Shown: positions 51,770-63,832, counted from the stretch's first letter. The stretch is DNA of 64,000 bases from Octopus sinensis (GCF_006345805.1 NC_043001.1:77128001-77192000), one strand, 5' to 3'. Made by a program: numbers and translations. Notes: generated from the letters alone by a model not told the origin.

Positions 51770-52195
51770 TCCTCTCACGTGACTGCGTTCAAACCGCCAC
51801 TTCGGCCTGACCGCAGCCATGTTGTCTTCGTTTGAGCCGTTGAAGGCCTTTTTCATTTACGCCGCCAGATAAGTTAATAATTGTCTAAAGTCGTATGACG
51901 CTTCTGTCCTTTGTACTGTCCACCTTCGTGTTTTTTATTTCTGTTTTATATATATTTTTGTTTCTTGTTTTTACATTCGTGTGGCATCCTGTCCTTGTTC
52001 TGTGTACATTCGGCCCTCTGGCCAGGGAGTCCAATGCCTGTGGCTTGGAGTGTCCTTGGGGCTGGCCGTTTCGGAGTGATATCGAGATTAAACAGCCGAA
52101 ATCACTAATATGATCCGGTTCCCGACTGAGGATCAGAGGCTTCGAGTGACCTGTCGTTTTTTTGTGTCGTCTCCTTGTGTTCTTGTCTACTTAGT
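51770..52195. mobile_element. Unclassified CpG-rich interspersed repeat
   Basis: Its 3' part recurs at about 38885-38990 (GATC(C/T)GGTTCC(C/T)GACTGA(G/A)GAT(C/T)AGAGGCTTCGA). It is flanked by (CT)-rich and AT-rich sequence. Confidence 0.55.
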
Positions 52196-54030
52196 AATTT
52201 ATATTTTATGTTAAATTGCATATATATATCTATACACATCTACAAAGACATATATGCAGGGTGTGGTGAATAAATTGTTGTCTAAATTAGGCAGAAATGA
52301 AAATAACACTGACATTTCATTTTAACAAATATTTACCAAAATTACATAAAAGTATCTTGAAATATATCCAATAAAATTGCCTTTGGCTTCAGCTACAGCC
52401 TCTAAGCAACTTCGGAATCTCCTTCAACTCTTCTGACAGTCTCCTTGTTTAAGTTGGTGAATACTGCCATAATCCTTGCCTTCGTTTCATCTTTGGTGTT
52501 ACAAGGAGTTTTGTTGCTCTCTTGCTCAACTGTACCCCACATAAGTGTTGGTGGCATGAAAAGAGCTCTTTGGACATACTGTAAAGTGGTTGGCATTAGA
52601 AAAAGTATCCAGCCACAGAAACCATGCCAGAGAAGACATTGGCAAACCATGGTTAGATGATGCTGATGATAATGAATGCCTTGGATTTATAGCAGAGTAT
52701 GATGCATCGAAAATGTCCCAATTGTTGAATTGAGGGTGTACTAGATAAGCAGCTGGAAGTGTGTCTGTGTGAAGGTTAGGGCTTAAATTATGAAGGATGC
52801 AAAGAATTTAGAGAATCCCAAGGATGGTATTTCCTATTTCTTTACTACCCACAAGGGGCTAAACGCAGAACGGATTAAGTCAAACGGATTAAGTCGATTA
52901 CATTGACCCCAGTGTGTAACTGGTACTTATTTAATCGACCCCGAAAGGATGAAAGGCAAAGTCGACCTCAGCGGAATTTGAACTCAGAACATAGCAGCAG
53001 ACAAAATACCACTAAGCATTTCACCTAGCGTGCTAACCATTTCTGCCAGAGATGTGAGAGGTCTTGGGTTTGCAACCAGATCCACTATGGCCTCACCTGG
53101 CTGGCACTGGACTTAAGAAAATTAGTGGCTCTTGAATTATACAGGTAAATAGAATATACATCATTATGGATATAACAGGCAGGTGCAAAAAAAAAAAAAA
53201 GCAAAAAAGATGAGAGAAAACAACAAATACATGCTGCATGGTTGGAGTTGTTACAGCTGTCCCTTGATTTGGGTGTGGCAGTTGCATGGATGATGGAGGG
53301 GGAAATGTGTTGCAGTATGGTCCAAAAATGTTAGCATGCCAGGTGAAATGCTTAGTAGTATTTTGTGTGTCTTTATATTCCGAGCTCAAATTCCACCAAG
53401 ATCAACTTTGCCTTTCATCCGTTCAGGGTTGATAAATTAAGTACCAGTTGCATACTGGGGTCGATCTAATTGACTTGCCCCCTCCCCCAAAATTTTGGGC
53501 CTTGTGCCCAGAGTAGAAAAAATATTGTAGTTATGTATCAAAGCACAGGTTCTGATAGCTTCATGTGTGTTGGAGCATTCTCTTCTGAAGATGAAGGCAA
53601 ATGTTTGATAGATGGATAGGGTTAATGAATATGTATTGGATTCAAAATTAGATAGAGACACAAAGTAGGGAGGTTGTAGTGAGTGGTATAAATATAGGTT
53701 GGTGGGGAGTACTCAGAAGAGAAAGGAGAAGTTGGTGTGTTAGTGAGGCAAGGTCAGGTATAGCTAGAGGGGTGGTAGAGATATTGGAGAAGGACTGAGC
53801 AATCTAAGGAATGGTAAAGAGAGAGAGAGAGAGGAAGGAAAAGGTAGGTTTGCTAAGAGTGAGTCATTCAGTACAAAGTTATAAACAATAGTTATAAGTT
53901 TAATTAATGAGAAATATGGTGAGGTGGACCTGTTCAAAGGAACCACATTAATTATATCGGATGGCGGGTGGGGGAGTAACAAAATAAAAACTAGCCCTAT
54001 CAAAGTAGAGTGACAAGCATTTTATTTGCA

Positions 54031-54075
<45 letters not shown>

Positions 54076-55288
54076 ATGTGTGCATGCGTGTGTGTGTGTG
54101 TGTGCATGTGTGCATGCGTGCGTGTGCGTGTGTGTGTGTGTGTGTAATGCAGTGTTGGTTGTGTCAAGTATAAGTATCATATATAAGGAAGTGGGGAAGG
54201 TAGGTAGAAGATATGACCGTGAACTCCTAACTAGAGGGAAGAGAAGGGGAAATAAGTGAGAATGTGTAATAGCCATGATTTCCCTCAAATCAGAGAACAG
54301 ACCTGAGTGCATCATAAAAAGAATGTAGAGTTCAAGAAAGAGAAAGGAGTGATGTAACCATGGATAGGAGACAAAAGAAAAACAAAGTAGGAAACAAATG
54401 TTTTGGGGAAAGTAGAAAGGTGCCTGAAAGACAGAACACAATGAATTATCTAATTTGGTTGGAGAATAATGATTTATGCTAATATGAAAACGTTTTGTAA
54501 TATCAGTGATTACAGAATGTAATTATGTCAGAGAACCAATTATTTGTTCTCATGTAATATTTCTAGGAATTCTCAGTAGCATAGATTATATGCTAGTCAG
54601 TTTCCTAAATATGGTATTACAGTATTGATAGACTGGGAGGTTATAAGGTATACCTTCAGCTCTCGGGTGGTGGACATAGGTTACCAAGGAGGTCAAGAAT
54701 TTTTCATTTAGTGCTTGAGAATGAGCTAATGTGTGCAAAGTATCAGCACTTAAAGTTGATTGTTGTTCCAGTGTAAACTCTGATGGGCTTGGAGTGTATT
54801 CTGATAACTCTATATTTATACCCAACATTATAGTGCAATAGTGAAACAGTAGGCCTCTCAAAAGACAATTAGTTTGTATTTTGGAGTTGCATGTCCTCCT
54901 ATCTTGAGTTACATCGGGTGCTCTATTTGTCTTATCAGGATTATTGGATGGCTTATTGTCAGTCTTATTATAAATATCACTAAAGTGGTGAGCTAGCAGA
55001 ATTGTTAGCTTATTAGGCAAAATGCTTAGTGGTACTTGGTCCATCTTTAAATAAGCATGGAAAAATAAGCATTAATACGATGATGATGATAGTTTTGCTG
55101 CCATTAACCTTAACTGTATCATCATCATCATCATCATCATCATCATTATTATATATATATAAAAGCAGCAAATTGGCAGAATTGTTAGTGCACTGGATGA
55201 AATGCCTAGCGGTATTTTGCTTGTTCCTATGGTCTAAGTTCAAATTCTACTAAGGTCAACTTTGCCTTTCATCCTTTCAAGTTAAGTA

Positions 55289-56065
55289 TTCATGTTAACT
55301 GGAATGGCTCATGTACTGAGAAGAGCATTATCGCTGTGAAAACAACATCCATTCATGAATTTATTTATTCATTAATTTTTTAAATACATATTTTACCTGT
55401 GAATTTGTGTGTGTAATCTGGGAATGCATACAATGAGCTTCTCTGCCCTAGGTGTACGGAAAACACTCAGCGAGAAACGGAAGAAAATTTGAAGAAAGAA
55501 GGAATAATAATAATAATAATCCTTTCTACTATAGGCACAAAGCCTGAAATTTGGAGGAGGGAGCTAGTCAATTTCATCAACCCAAGTGTGTAACTGGTAC
55601 TTATTTAATCGACCCCCAAAAGGAAAAAAAAACAAAGTCGAACCCGGAGGAATTTGAACTCAGAATGTAACGGCAGACGAAATACCACTAAGCATTTTTC
55701 TCGGTGTGCTAATGATTCTGCTAAGATCACTGCAATAATAATAATAATAATCCTCTCTACTATAGGCACAAGGGTTGAAATTTTGGAGGAGAGGGCTAGT
55801 TGGTTACATTGATCTCAGTATTCTGTTGGTACCTGTTTGATTGATTCGAAAAGCATGAATAACTGAGTCAACCTCAGAGAAATTTAAACTCATTGAGCCA
55901 GAAGAAATGACATTAAGCATTTTGTCTGACACATTAACGATTCTGTCAGCGCATTATATTACTACTAATAGTGATAATAATCGATTTTGCTATAAGCACA
56001 AAGCTTGAATCTTTGGCCAAAAAAGCAAGTAGGTTACACTGACCTCAGTACTCAGTTGGTACCTA
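55289..56065 (+). repeat. 777-bp copy of 57716-59657 (with one 228-bp unit), flanked by a 14-bp direct repeat
   Basis: TTTCAAGTTAAGTA at 55275-55288 and 56066-56079. It interrupts a family B SINE. Confidence 0.85.
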
Positions 56066-57431
56066 TTTCAAGTTAAGTAGCAGTTACACACTGGGGTCAA
56101 ATTTCAGACCTTGTGCCTATTGTAGAAAGGATCATCATCATTATTATTATTATCATTATTATTATTTGAGTTGAAATTCTGCCAAGGTCAACTTTGCCCT
56201 TCATCCTTTTGGGGTTGATAAAAGTAAGTACCAGTTGAACACTGGAGTTGATGTAATCGACTTAATCCCTCTCCTGAACTTACTGGCCTTGTGTCAGAAT
56301 TTGAAACCAATATCAGTTTCAAATTTTGGCACAAGGCCAGCAATTTCAGGGATGGGGTTAGTTGATTACATCAACCTCTATCCTCAACTTGTACTTGTTT
56401 TTATCAATCCCGAAAAGATGAAAGGCAAAGTCGACTTCAGTGGAATTTGAACTCAGAACATAAAAGTAGACGAAATGCCACAGCATTTTGCCTGGCATGC
56501 TATCAATTTTTCCAACTTGTTGCCTTCAGTTTTAGCAGTATTAGAATCAATATTGCTGTTATTATTAACATTATTCACGTTTCCCATTAAATTTCTGTTC
56601 ATTTTTATTTATGTTTTTGACACTATTATTGTTGTTCCCATGGTTATTGTATTCCCTGTTGCTTATTATAGTTCTTATTGTTACTGGAGCTGTCATTTTT
56701 ATTATAAGTGCTGATTTTTCTTAGTCATTATTATTTTTATGGGAACATGTATGATAATTATAGCTGGAATAACCACAGTAACAATAACAATTGTATAAGC
56801 AACTTGAACAACTACAAAGAAAACCATGAAAATAATAACTATGATAGAGCTAAAAATAAAAATTACTTGACTGTTGAGTCAAGTAAAGCTTAATTTGTAC
56901 CTGTGACCAGCGATTCCTGAGTGGTTCCTCTTCTGGTGACATGTAAAATGCTTCATCTGAATGTGATTGATGCCAGGCCCGCCTGACTGGCTCCTGTGCT
57001 GGTGGCACATAAAAAGCACCCACTACTCTCTCAGAGTGGTTGGTGTTAGGAAGGGCATCAAGCTGTAGAAACATTGCCAGATCAGATTGGAGTCTGGTGC
57101 AGCTGCTGGCTTCCCAGAACTCAGTCAAACCGTCCAACCCATGCCAGCATGGAAAACGGATGTTAAACAATGATGATGATGATGTTATAAAAATAGAAAC
57201 TTAAACAAAAGGGCGAATAATGCTAATAATAATTATTATAATCTTTTCTACTATAGGCATAAGGCCTGAAATTTGTTTCACTGGTACTTAATTTATCGAA
57301 CCTGAAAAGATGAAAGGCATAGTCGACCTCAGTGGAATATGAACTCAGAACGTGAAGATGGACGAAATATCGCTAAGCATATCACTCAGCATGCTAAGGA
57401 TTCTGCCAGATAACTGCCTTAATAATGGATG

Positions 57432-57466
<35 letters not shown>

Positions 57467-57469
<3 letters not shown>

Positions 57470-57930
57470 GATCAGACAAAAAGGATGTGTTTATTAATTA
57501 ACGTGAGTATTCCTTGCGATCACAATATAGCGGCGAAAGAATTTGACAAGATTAGTAAATATAAAGACTTGCTAATAGAAATTGAAAAAAAATGTGGCAT
57601 CTCAAGGCGACTACAGTACCAGTGATTGTAGGATCTCTAGGAATGATAAAAAAAGGTACTGAAACCGATTTGAAAATGATACCAGGCTTACCATCCCTAC
57701 AGGAAGTGCAAAAAATCATGTTAACTGGAATGGCTCATGTACTGAGAAGAGCATTATCACTGTGAAAACAACATCCATTCATGAATTTATTTATTCATTA
57801 ATTTTTTAAATACATATTTTACCTGTGAATTTGCGTGTGTAATCTGGGAATGCATACAATGAGCTTCTCTGCCCTATGTGTACGGAAAACACTCAGCGAG
57901 AAACGGAAGAAAATTTGAAGAAAGAAGGAA
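57467..57930 (+). mobile_element. 5'-truncated R4/Dong-type LINE (RLE domain and 3' UTR) inside (TAA)n
   Basis: KDQTKRMCLLINVSIPCDHNIAAKEFDKISKYKDLLIEIEK/MWHLKATTVPVIVGSLGMIKKG..LQEVQKIMLTGMAHVLRRALSL*. (AAT)n lies on both sides, consistent with the known TAA-repeat targeting of Dong. Confidence 0.85.
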
Positions 57931-58214
57931 AAATAATAATAATAATAATAATAATAATAATTATAATCCTTTCTACTATAGGCACAAAGCCTGAAATTTG
58001 GAGGAGGGAGCTAGTCAATTTCATCGACCCGAGTGTGTAACTGGTACTTATTTAATCGACCCCAAAAGGATGAAAGACAAAGTCGACCCCGGAGGAATTT
58101 GAACTCAGAATGTAGCGGCAGACGAAATACCACTAAGCATTTTTCTCGGTGTGCTAATGATTCTGCTAAGATCACTGCAATAATAATAATAATAATCCTC
58201 TCTACTATAGGCAC

Positions 58215-59582
58215 AAGGGTTGAAATTATGGAGGAGAGGGCTAGTTGATTACATTGACCTCAGTATTCTGTTGGTACCTGTTTGATTGATTCGAAAAGCA
58301 AGAATAGCTGAGTCAACCTCAGAGAAATTTAAACTCATTGAGCCAGAAGAAATGACACTTAGTATTTTGTCTCTGACACATTAACGATTCTGTCAGCACA
58401 TTATATTACTACTAATAGTGATAATAATCGTTTTTGCTATAAAAGGGTTGAAATTATGGAGGAGAGGGCTAGTTGATTACATTGACCTCAGTATTCTGTT
58501 GGTACCTGTTTGATTGATTCGAAAAGCAAGAATAGCTGAGTCAACCTCAGAGAAATTTAAACTCATTGAGCCAGAAGAAATGACACTTAGTATTTTGTCT
58601 CTGACACATTAACGATTCTGTCAGCACATTATATTACTACTAATAGTGATAATAATCGTTTTTGCTATAAAAGGGTTGAAATTTTGGAGGAGAGGGCTAG
58701 TTGATTACATTGACCTCAGTATTCAGTTGGTACCTGTTTGATTGATTTGAAAAGCATGAATAACTGAGTCAACCTCAGAGAAATTTAAACTCATTGAGCC
58801 AGAAGAAATGACACTAAGCATTTTGTCTCTGACGCATTAACGATTCTGTCAGCACATTATATTACTACTAATAGTGATAATGATCGTTTTTGCTATAAAA
58901 GGGTTGAAATTTTGGAGGAGAGGGCTAGTTGATTACATTGACCTCAGTATTCAGTTGGTACCTGTTTGATTGATTCGAAAAGCATGAATAACTGAGTCAA
59001 CCTCAGAGAAATTTAAACTCATTGAGCCAGAAGAAATGACACTAAGTATTTTGTCTCTGACACATTAACGATTCTGTCAGCACATTATATTACTACTAAT
59101 AGTGATAATAATCGTTTTTGCTATAAAAGGGTTGAAATTTTGGAGGAGAGGGCTAGTTGATTACATTGACCTCAGTATTCAGTTGGTACCTGTTTGATTG
59201 ATTCGAAAAGCATGAATAACTGAGTCAACCTCAGAGAAATTTAAACTCATTGAGCCAGAAGAAATGATACTAAGCATTTTGTCTCTGACACATTAACGAT
59301 TCTGTCAGCACATTATATTACTACTAATAGTGATAATAATCGTTTTTGCTATAAAATGGTTGAAATTTTGGAGGAGAGGGCTAGTTGATTACATTGACCT
59401 CAGTATTCAGTTGGTACCTGTTTGATTGATTCGAAAAGCATGAATAACTGAGTCAACCTCAGAGAAATTTAAACTCATTGAGCCAGAAGAAATGACACTA
59501 AGCATTTTATCTCTGACACATTAACGATTCTGTCAGCACATTATATTACTACTAATAGTGATAATAATCGTTTTTGCTATAA
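58215..59582. repeat. Tandem array of 6 x 228 bp derived from an antisense family B SINE and its TAA-rich flank
   Basis: Unit starts at 58215, 58443, 58671, 58899, 59127 and 59355. Confidence 0.95.
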
Positions 59583-61115
59583 GCACAAAGCTTGAAACTT
59601 TGGCAAAGAAGGCAAGTAGGTTACACTGACCTCAGTACTCAGCTGGTACTTATTTCACTGCCTCCCCCCCATCCCCGCAAAGGACAAATAGCAAAGTTGA
59701 CATTGGTAAAATTTAAATCCAGATCCTGAACTGCCAGAAGAGATTGCTATGCATTTTGTTCAACACACTAATGATTCTCCCAGCTCATTGCCTTATTGTT
59801 AATGATAATAATGATTTCAAATTTTGGCGCAAGGCCAGCCATTTCGGTGGAGGGGTTAAGTTAATTACATTGACCCCAGTGTTCAACTGGTATTTATTTT
59901 ATTGACCTTGAAATGTTGAATAGCAAAGTTACCATGGCAGCATTTGAACTCAAAATGGAAAGACATGAAATGCTGCTAAGCATTTTGCCTGGTGTACTGA
60001 CTTCTGCCCGCTCACTGCCTTAGTAGTAGCAGTAGTTGTAATAATAATAATAATAATTAGCAGGATCCATGAACATTTCACAGAATTAATGGTAAATTTA
60101 TTGGGTTATTTCTGAAAACTTCATCCCAAAATTAGACATTTCACTCACTACCTGACCTATTTTCCATTACATTTCAGACAGATTCACTGCTGAGTTGTTG
60201 AAGCAGAAATATCATCACAGCAAATATTCTGCTCAATACCACAGATATGCTTGTCAGTTGTATGATCTTAACCACTTGAGCATGTCTTTTAGTCTCTGAC
60301 AATATGTGCATCTCTGATCATGAGCAGGAGTAGGTGGGGAGCATCATAGCCTTGTGTTGAGAGGGCTTCTTTGGGGTTTGAATAAATATCATAACCAAAG
60401 CAAAGTTTGAAGGAAATATTAACCAATTTTCATACTGTGTGATGGCAAGCAAATATGAATTAACGCTTGCTACCCAAGGACAAAAATCATGTTACACATT
60501 GTTATAGGTTTGCTTGATCAGAGCTGATCTAGAACAAAACAAAAACATGTTTACAAGTAGGATGGGTTTCACTACCAATTGAAAACTGGCTCGTGTCTGT
60601 GACAAGAACACATGAAATCAGGATTGAGGACTAGAAGCAATTGATTCATGTGCTGGTTTCCTCCCCACTCCCATGTTCTATCAACTTGGGTCTAGCATAT
60701 TTTAACTAGTTTTAATTGCTTGCCTTGGATAAGACTACCAACCCACCAATCTGTCTTCTCAAAGTTATAAAGTCCCTCCCTCTTGTGATATGAATGTCAA
60801 TCAAATACATACTTAATGGCAACTTTGAATTCATCACATAGATTTAGTTGTGACAATAGCTAAGGCATAATTCTTGTCAGTTTAGTTCAGCTTGTCAAAG
60901 AAATGAGGTTGTTGTCTGGTAGAATGTATAATGCATGATCATGTAACTCATTATTTATAGGTTTTGGCTAACCTAGATTAAAATTTTCCATTGTGCTTTC
61001 CTTTAATGCTAATGATGTGTTTTAATTAATTTTGAGGATAATCATGTTTAGTGAGTTAGTAAACAACTAAATTGTGATGATTAAATCAGTGTTTAGCACA
61101 AAGCTCTTACATATA

Positions 61116-62025
61116 CAGTAAGCGAGCAAAAGAAAGAGAACAATTAATATTTTTTTTAAATGTCGGAAAAGCTAGTAAATGCACAAATTCGCAATTGGTT
61201 TTGTAAATATGGTTAACAATTAGCTAAATTCTGCAAAAAATTTAAATCTGTACAATGGTCTTAATAAAAGTTAATAACATTAACATTAATTTTGTCCAAA
61301 TGTCTCATGTGCAAAATAAGAGAATGATTAGATTCCTTCAGAAATTTCTGGAAATTTCAAACATTTGCAGGCTCAACATTACTACCATCTCAGTATCGTG
61401 CTAACTTCCAAAAATGGCACAGCATGCTAAAGTTACTCCCAACCTTCGAAAAGAAATTCTCAGAATGAAACTTTCAGGAATGATTCGCTCGGCTATTTCA
61501 TGAAATGTGAGGAGATCTAAGAGTGTAGTTTCATTTGTTCTCAAGCTCTGTGGAGAAACTAAAGTTTTGAACTGAAAAAGGCAACTGGTAGACCATGCCA
61601 AACCACCATGCGAGATGATCGAGCTATGAAACAGTATGTATTGAAGGATCCTTTCGAGACTGTGGCTGGAATTTCTAAGAAAATAAAAGAAGTGAGCTGC
61701 CTTACAGAGTCTCGTCGTCTGAAGGAATTTGGATGAAAGACTTATTCTCCAGCAACAAAACCTACCATCAGCAAGAACAAATTGGAAGACCATCATGTGC
61801 AGAAGCTCGTGTGATCTGGAGGGATGAAAATTGGTCAAAAGTTTGTTTTAGTGATGAAAACAAATTCAATTTAGTTGGTTCAGATGGTAGACAGTATGTT
61901 AGATGCTTCACAGGAGATCGGCTAAAATCCAAGTGTCTGAAGAAATCTATCAAGTTTGGAGGAGGAAGCGTCATGGTGTGGGGAATGATTTCTTCTGAAG
62001 GAGTTGGCCTTCTAGTGCAGATTAA
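61116..62025 (+). mobile_element. Tc1-family transposon, degenerate and 3'-truncated
   Basis: TA|CAGTAAGCGAGCAAAAGAAAGAGAAC left end. ATG at 61414 leads to an HTH region and TGRPCQTTMRDDR, then WSKVCFSDENKFNLVGSDGRQYVR..KFGGGSVMVWGMIS (first D of DDE). Stops and frameshifts are present; no right terminal repeat seen. Confidence 0.9.
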
Positions 62026-62205
62026 ATTAGTAATGAACCACAATCCTTTACAAGCTATGACCCCAGTGGGCTTCATGCTATTCTTGGAAGTGTAGTTTAT
62101 TCTTAGTTACAATAGCAACAACATGAATTTCTTCCATCTTGCTCTGTTAAAGTACTTGAGAAAAATTATATTAATGTATCCAACTGGTTAAAATTCTATT
62201 TATTT

Positions 62206-62293
62206 ATGCAGCTGAGGATTGCTCTGCATTTAACTTGATGTAATGATTGCATTGTTCAATTAAATGGAGTTGCTTGAAACAGTTGTACTGCAT
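62206..62293 (+). ncRNA. Type-I hammerhead ribozyme-like motif with a long stem II (left arm of a foldback element)
   Basis: ATGCAG-CTGAGGA-[57-nt imperfect hairpin]-GAAAC-AGTT-GTA-CTGCAT. Stem I is 6 bp and the core is canonical, with predicted cleavage after 62287. The base of stem II has U.U mismatches. Confidence 0.55.
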
Positions 62294-62417
62294 TACCTCT
62301 GGATATTCTTGTTGCTTATTTTGATTATATGTATGTTTATATTATATATCTGTCTGTCTGCATGCATACATACAGACAGACAGACAGACAGACAGAGCAA
62401 CAGGTTATCAAGAAGTG

Positions 62418-62505
62418 ATGCAGTATGACCATTTCAAGCAACTCCATTTAATTGAACAATGCAATCATTATATCAAGTTAAATGCAGTGCTATCATCAGC
62501 TGCAC
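62418..62505 (-). ncRNA. Type-I hammerhead ribozyme-like motif (right arm of the same foldback element)
   Basis: Minus strand: GTGCAG-CTGATGA-TAGCACTGCATTTAACTTGA..TTCAATTAAATGGAGTTGCTT-GAAAT-GGTC-ATA-CTGCAT. Confidence 0.55.
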
Positions 62506-62530
62506 AAAGATACACACACATGCGCACACA

Positions 62531-62795
62531 CAAATATTTATATGTTTCTATGGATGTAGTAAAACCATCTCGCATAGACTTAAGTAACTGAAAAGTATCT
62601 ATTTACGATCAAGAAAGATAACAACTTATAAGGGATAAGAGGTTAATAGGTTATGCACATATATGCATATATACACATATACAAATATTTATACGTTTAT
62701 ATGGATATAGTATAACCATCTCGCATAGACCTAAGTAGCTGAAAAATATCTATCTAAGAACAGTAATAACTTATAAGGGATAAGAGGTTAATAGG
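62531..62795. repeat. Imperfect direct repeat (about 115-120 bp, two copies)
   Basis: 62531-62650 versus 62682-62795. Confidence 0.75.
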
Positions 62796-63451
62796 TAAGG
62801 ATATCAAAATAAGAAAACAAAATAATAAGAAATATATATAAACTACATTTAAAGAGACAGGGTATTAAAATTTGAGGTAGGGAAGAGATAAAGGTAACCC
62901 CAAAAGAGGAGGTAGGAGGTATGGGTGTAGTGAGGGCAGTTAGAAGTATTCAGACCGAAGAGATTTTATAAGTTGGAATGTTACAGCTGCTATTTTATAT
63001 ATGATTTTATAGTTTCTAGTGGGTATATATATATGTAATGACTTTTATATAAGTAAGTCTCCTAATTATTCTTAAATGAGATACCACAAGCAGTCATGTA
63101 GAACTCACACTGAAACCAAAACAATAAGGATTAAAGTGAAAGAAAAACTTGATTATTTGCTTCATAACTAAGCATAATGAGGCAGCAATACAGTCTAATC
63201 ACCACTGATGTCTTATAAATGCTCAGAATTTATTGAAAGCCAAGAGTGCTATGCAACCTTACCCATATTCAGACAAGTTTTGCATAAGAATACAAACATG
63301 GATTCAGTGATTACCTATTTTTAAAAATTGCTTGAAAGTGAATTCACTTTAGTTATTTATGCATAAAAGTATATTTAAATATGATATGGGAAATTAGAAA
63401 TATTAAATTTCTCAATATCTCAGAGAGATATTAGCGGTGGTGGAACGATAG

Positions 63452-63691
63452 AGCGGTTGTATACTGCCAACTGCATCCAGAGGCATGACATGCTTCTGAG
63501 TCTTGCTCGTGGTCAGTCTGGAGTAGCAAGGCCTGCTAGCTGAAGATACCTGTCTAGGCCTTGTAAACATAAGGACACAGGAAATGTGTCAAGGCCGACA
63601 ACAGGAAGTGTTGATGCTTCCTAGGGCTAAATAGCGGTGGTGTAATTCCCTCTATGGGACTGTCACATTAAGTTGGCAGTATACAACCGCT
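63452..63691. mobile_element. MITE-like element with perfect 20-bp terminal inverted repeats
   Basis: AGCGGTTGTATACTGCCAAC (63452-63471) and GTTGGCAGTATACAACCGCT (63672-63691). Superfamily not determined. Confidence 0.6.
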
Positions 63692-63832
63692 ATATAGGAA
63701 ATTGTTTTTGAGGAAAAAAAAATTTTAATGTTGTATCTCTAATGTACGTATGTATACATACACATGATATAGTTATGATGAAGCCTTTAAATGTTTATGC
63801 TTTTCAGTTCTGTATTCTTTTCTCTTTGACAG

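Larger units (their letters stand above)
50532..63832 (+). other. 13,301-bp GT-AG intron of the I-BAR gene
   Basis: Lies between two phase-compatible exons whose joined translation is collinear with IRSp53. Confidence 0.8.

Noticed and set aside
52115-52150. Hammerhead at CTGAGGA..TTCGAG (and CTGAAGA..TTCGAA at 38.9 kb)
   Set aside because: No convincing stem II and no GAAA.
54586-55044. 152-aa minus-strand ORF
   Set aside because: No recognisable motif or splice context; it is probably decayed repeat sequence.
58215-59582. Retrozyme (hammerhead-bearing tandem repeat of retrozyme-like size)
   Set aside because: I found no CUGANGA..GAAA core on either strand of the 228-bp unit; it is SINE-derived.
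63530-63630. Hammerhead at CTGAAGA (63540) plus a long hairpin
   Set aside because: There is no GAAA after the hairpin and no valid helix III or NUH register.
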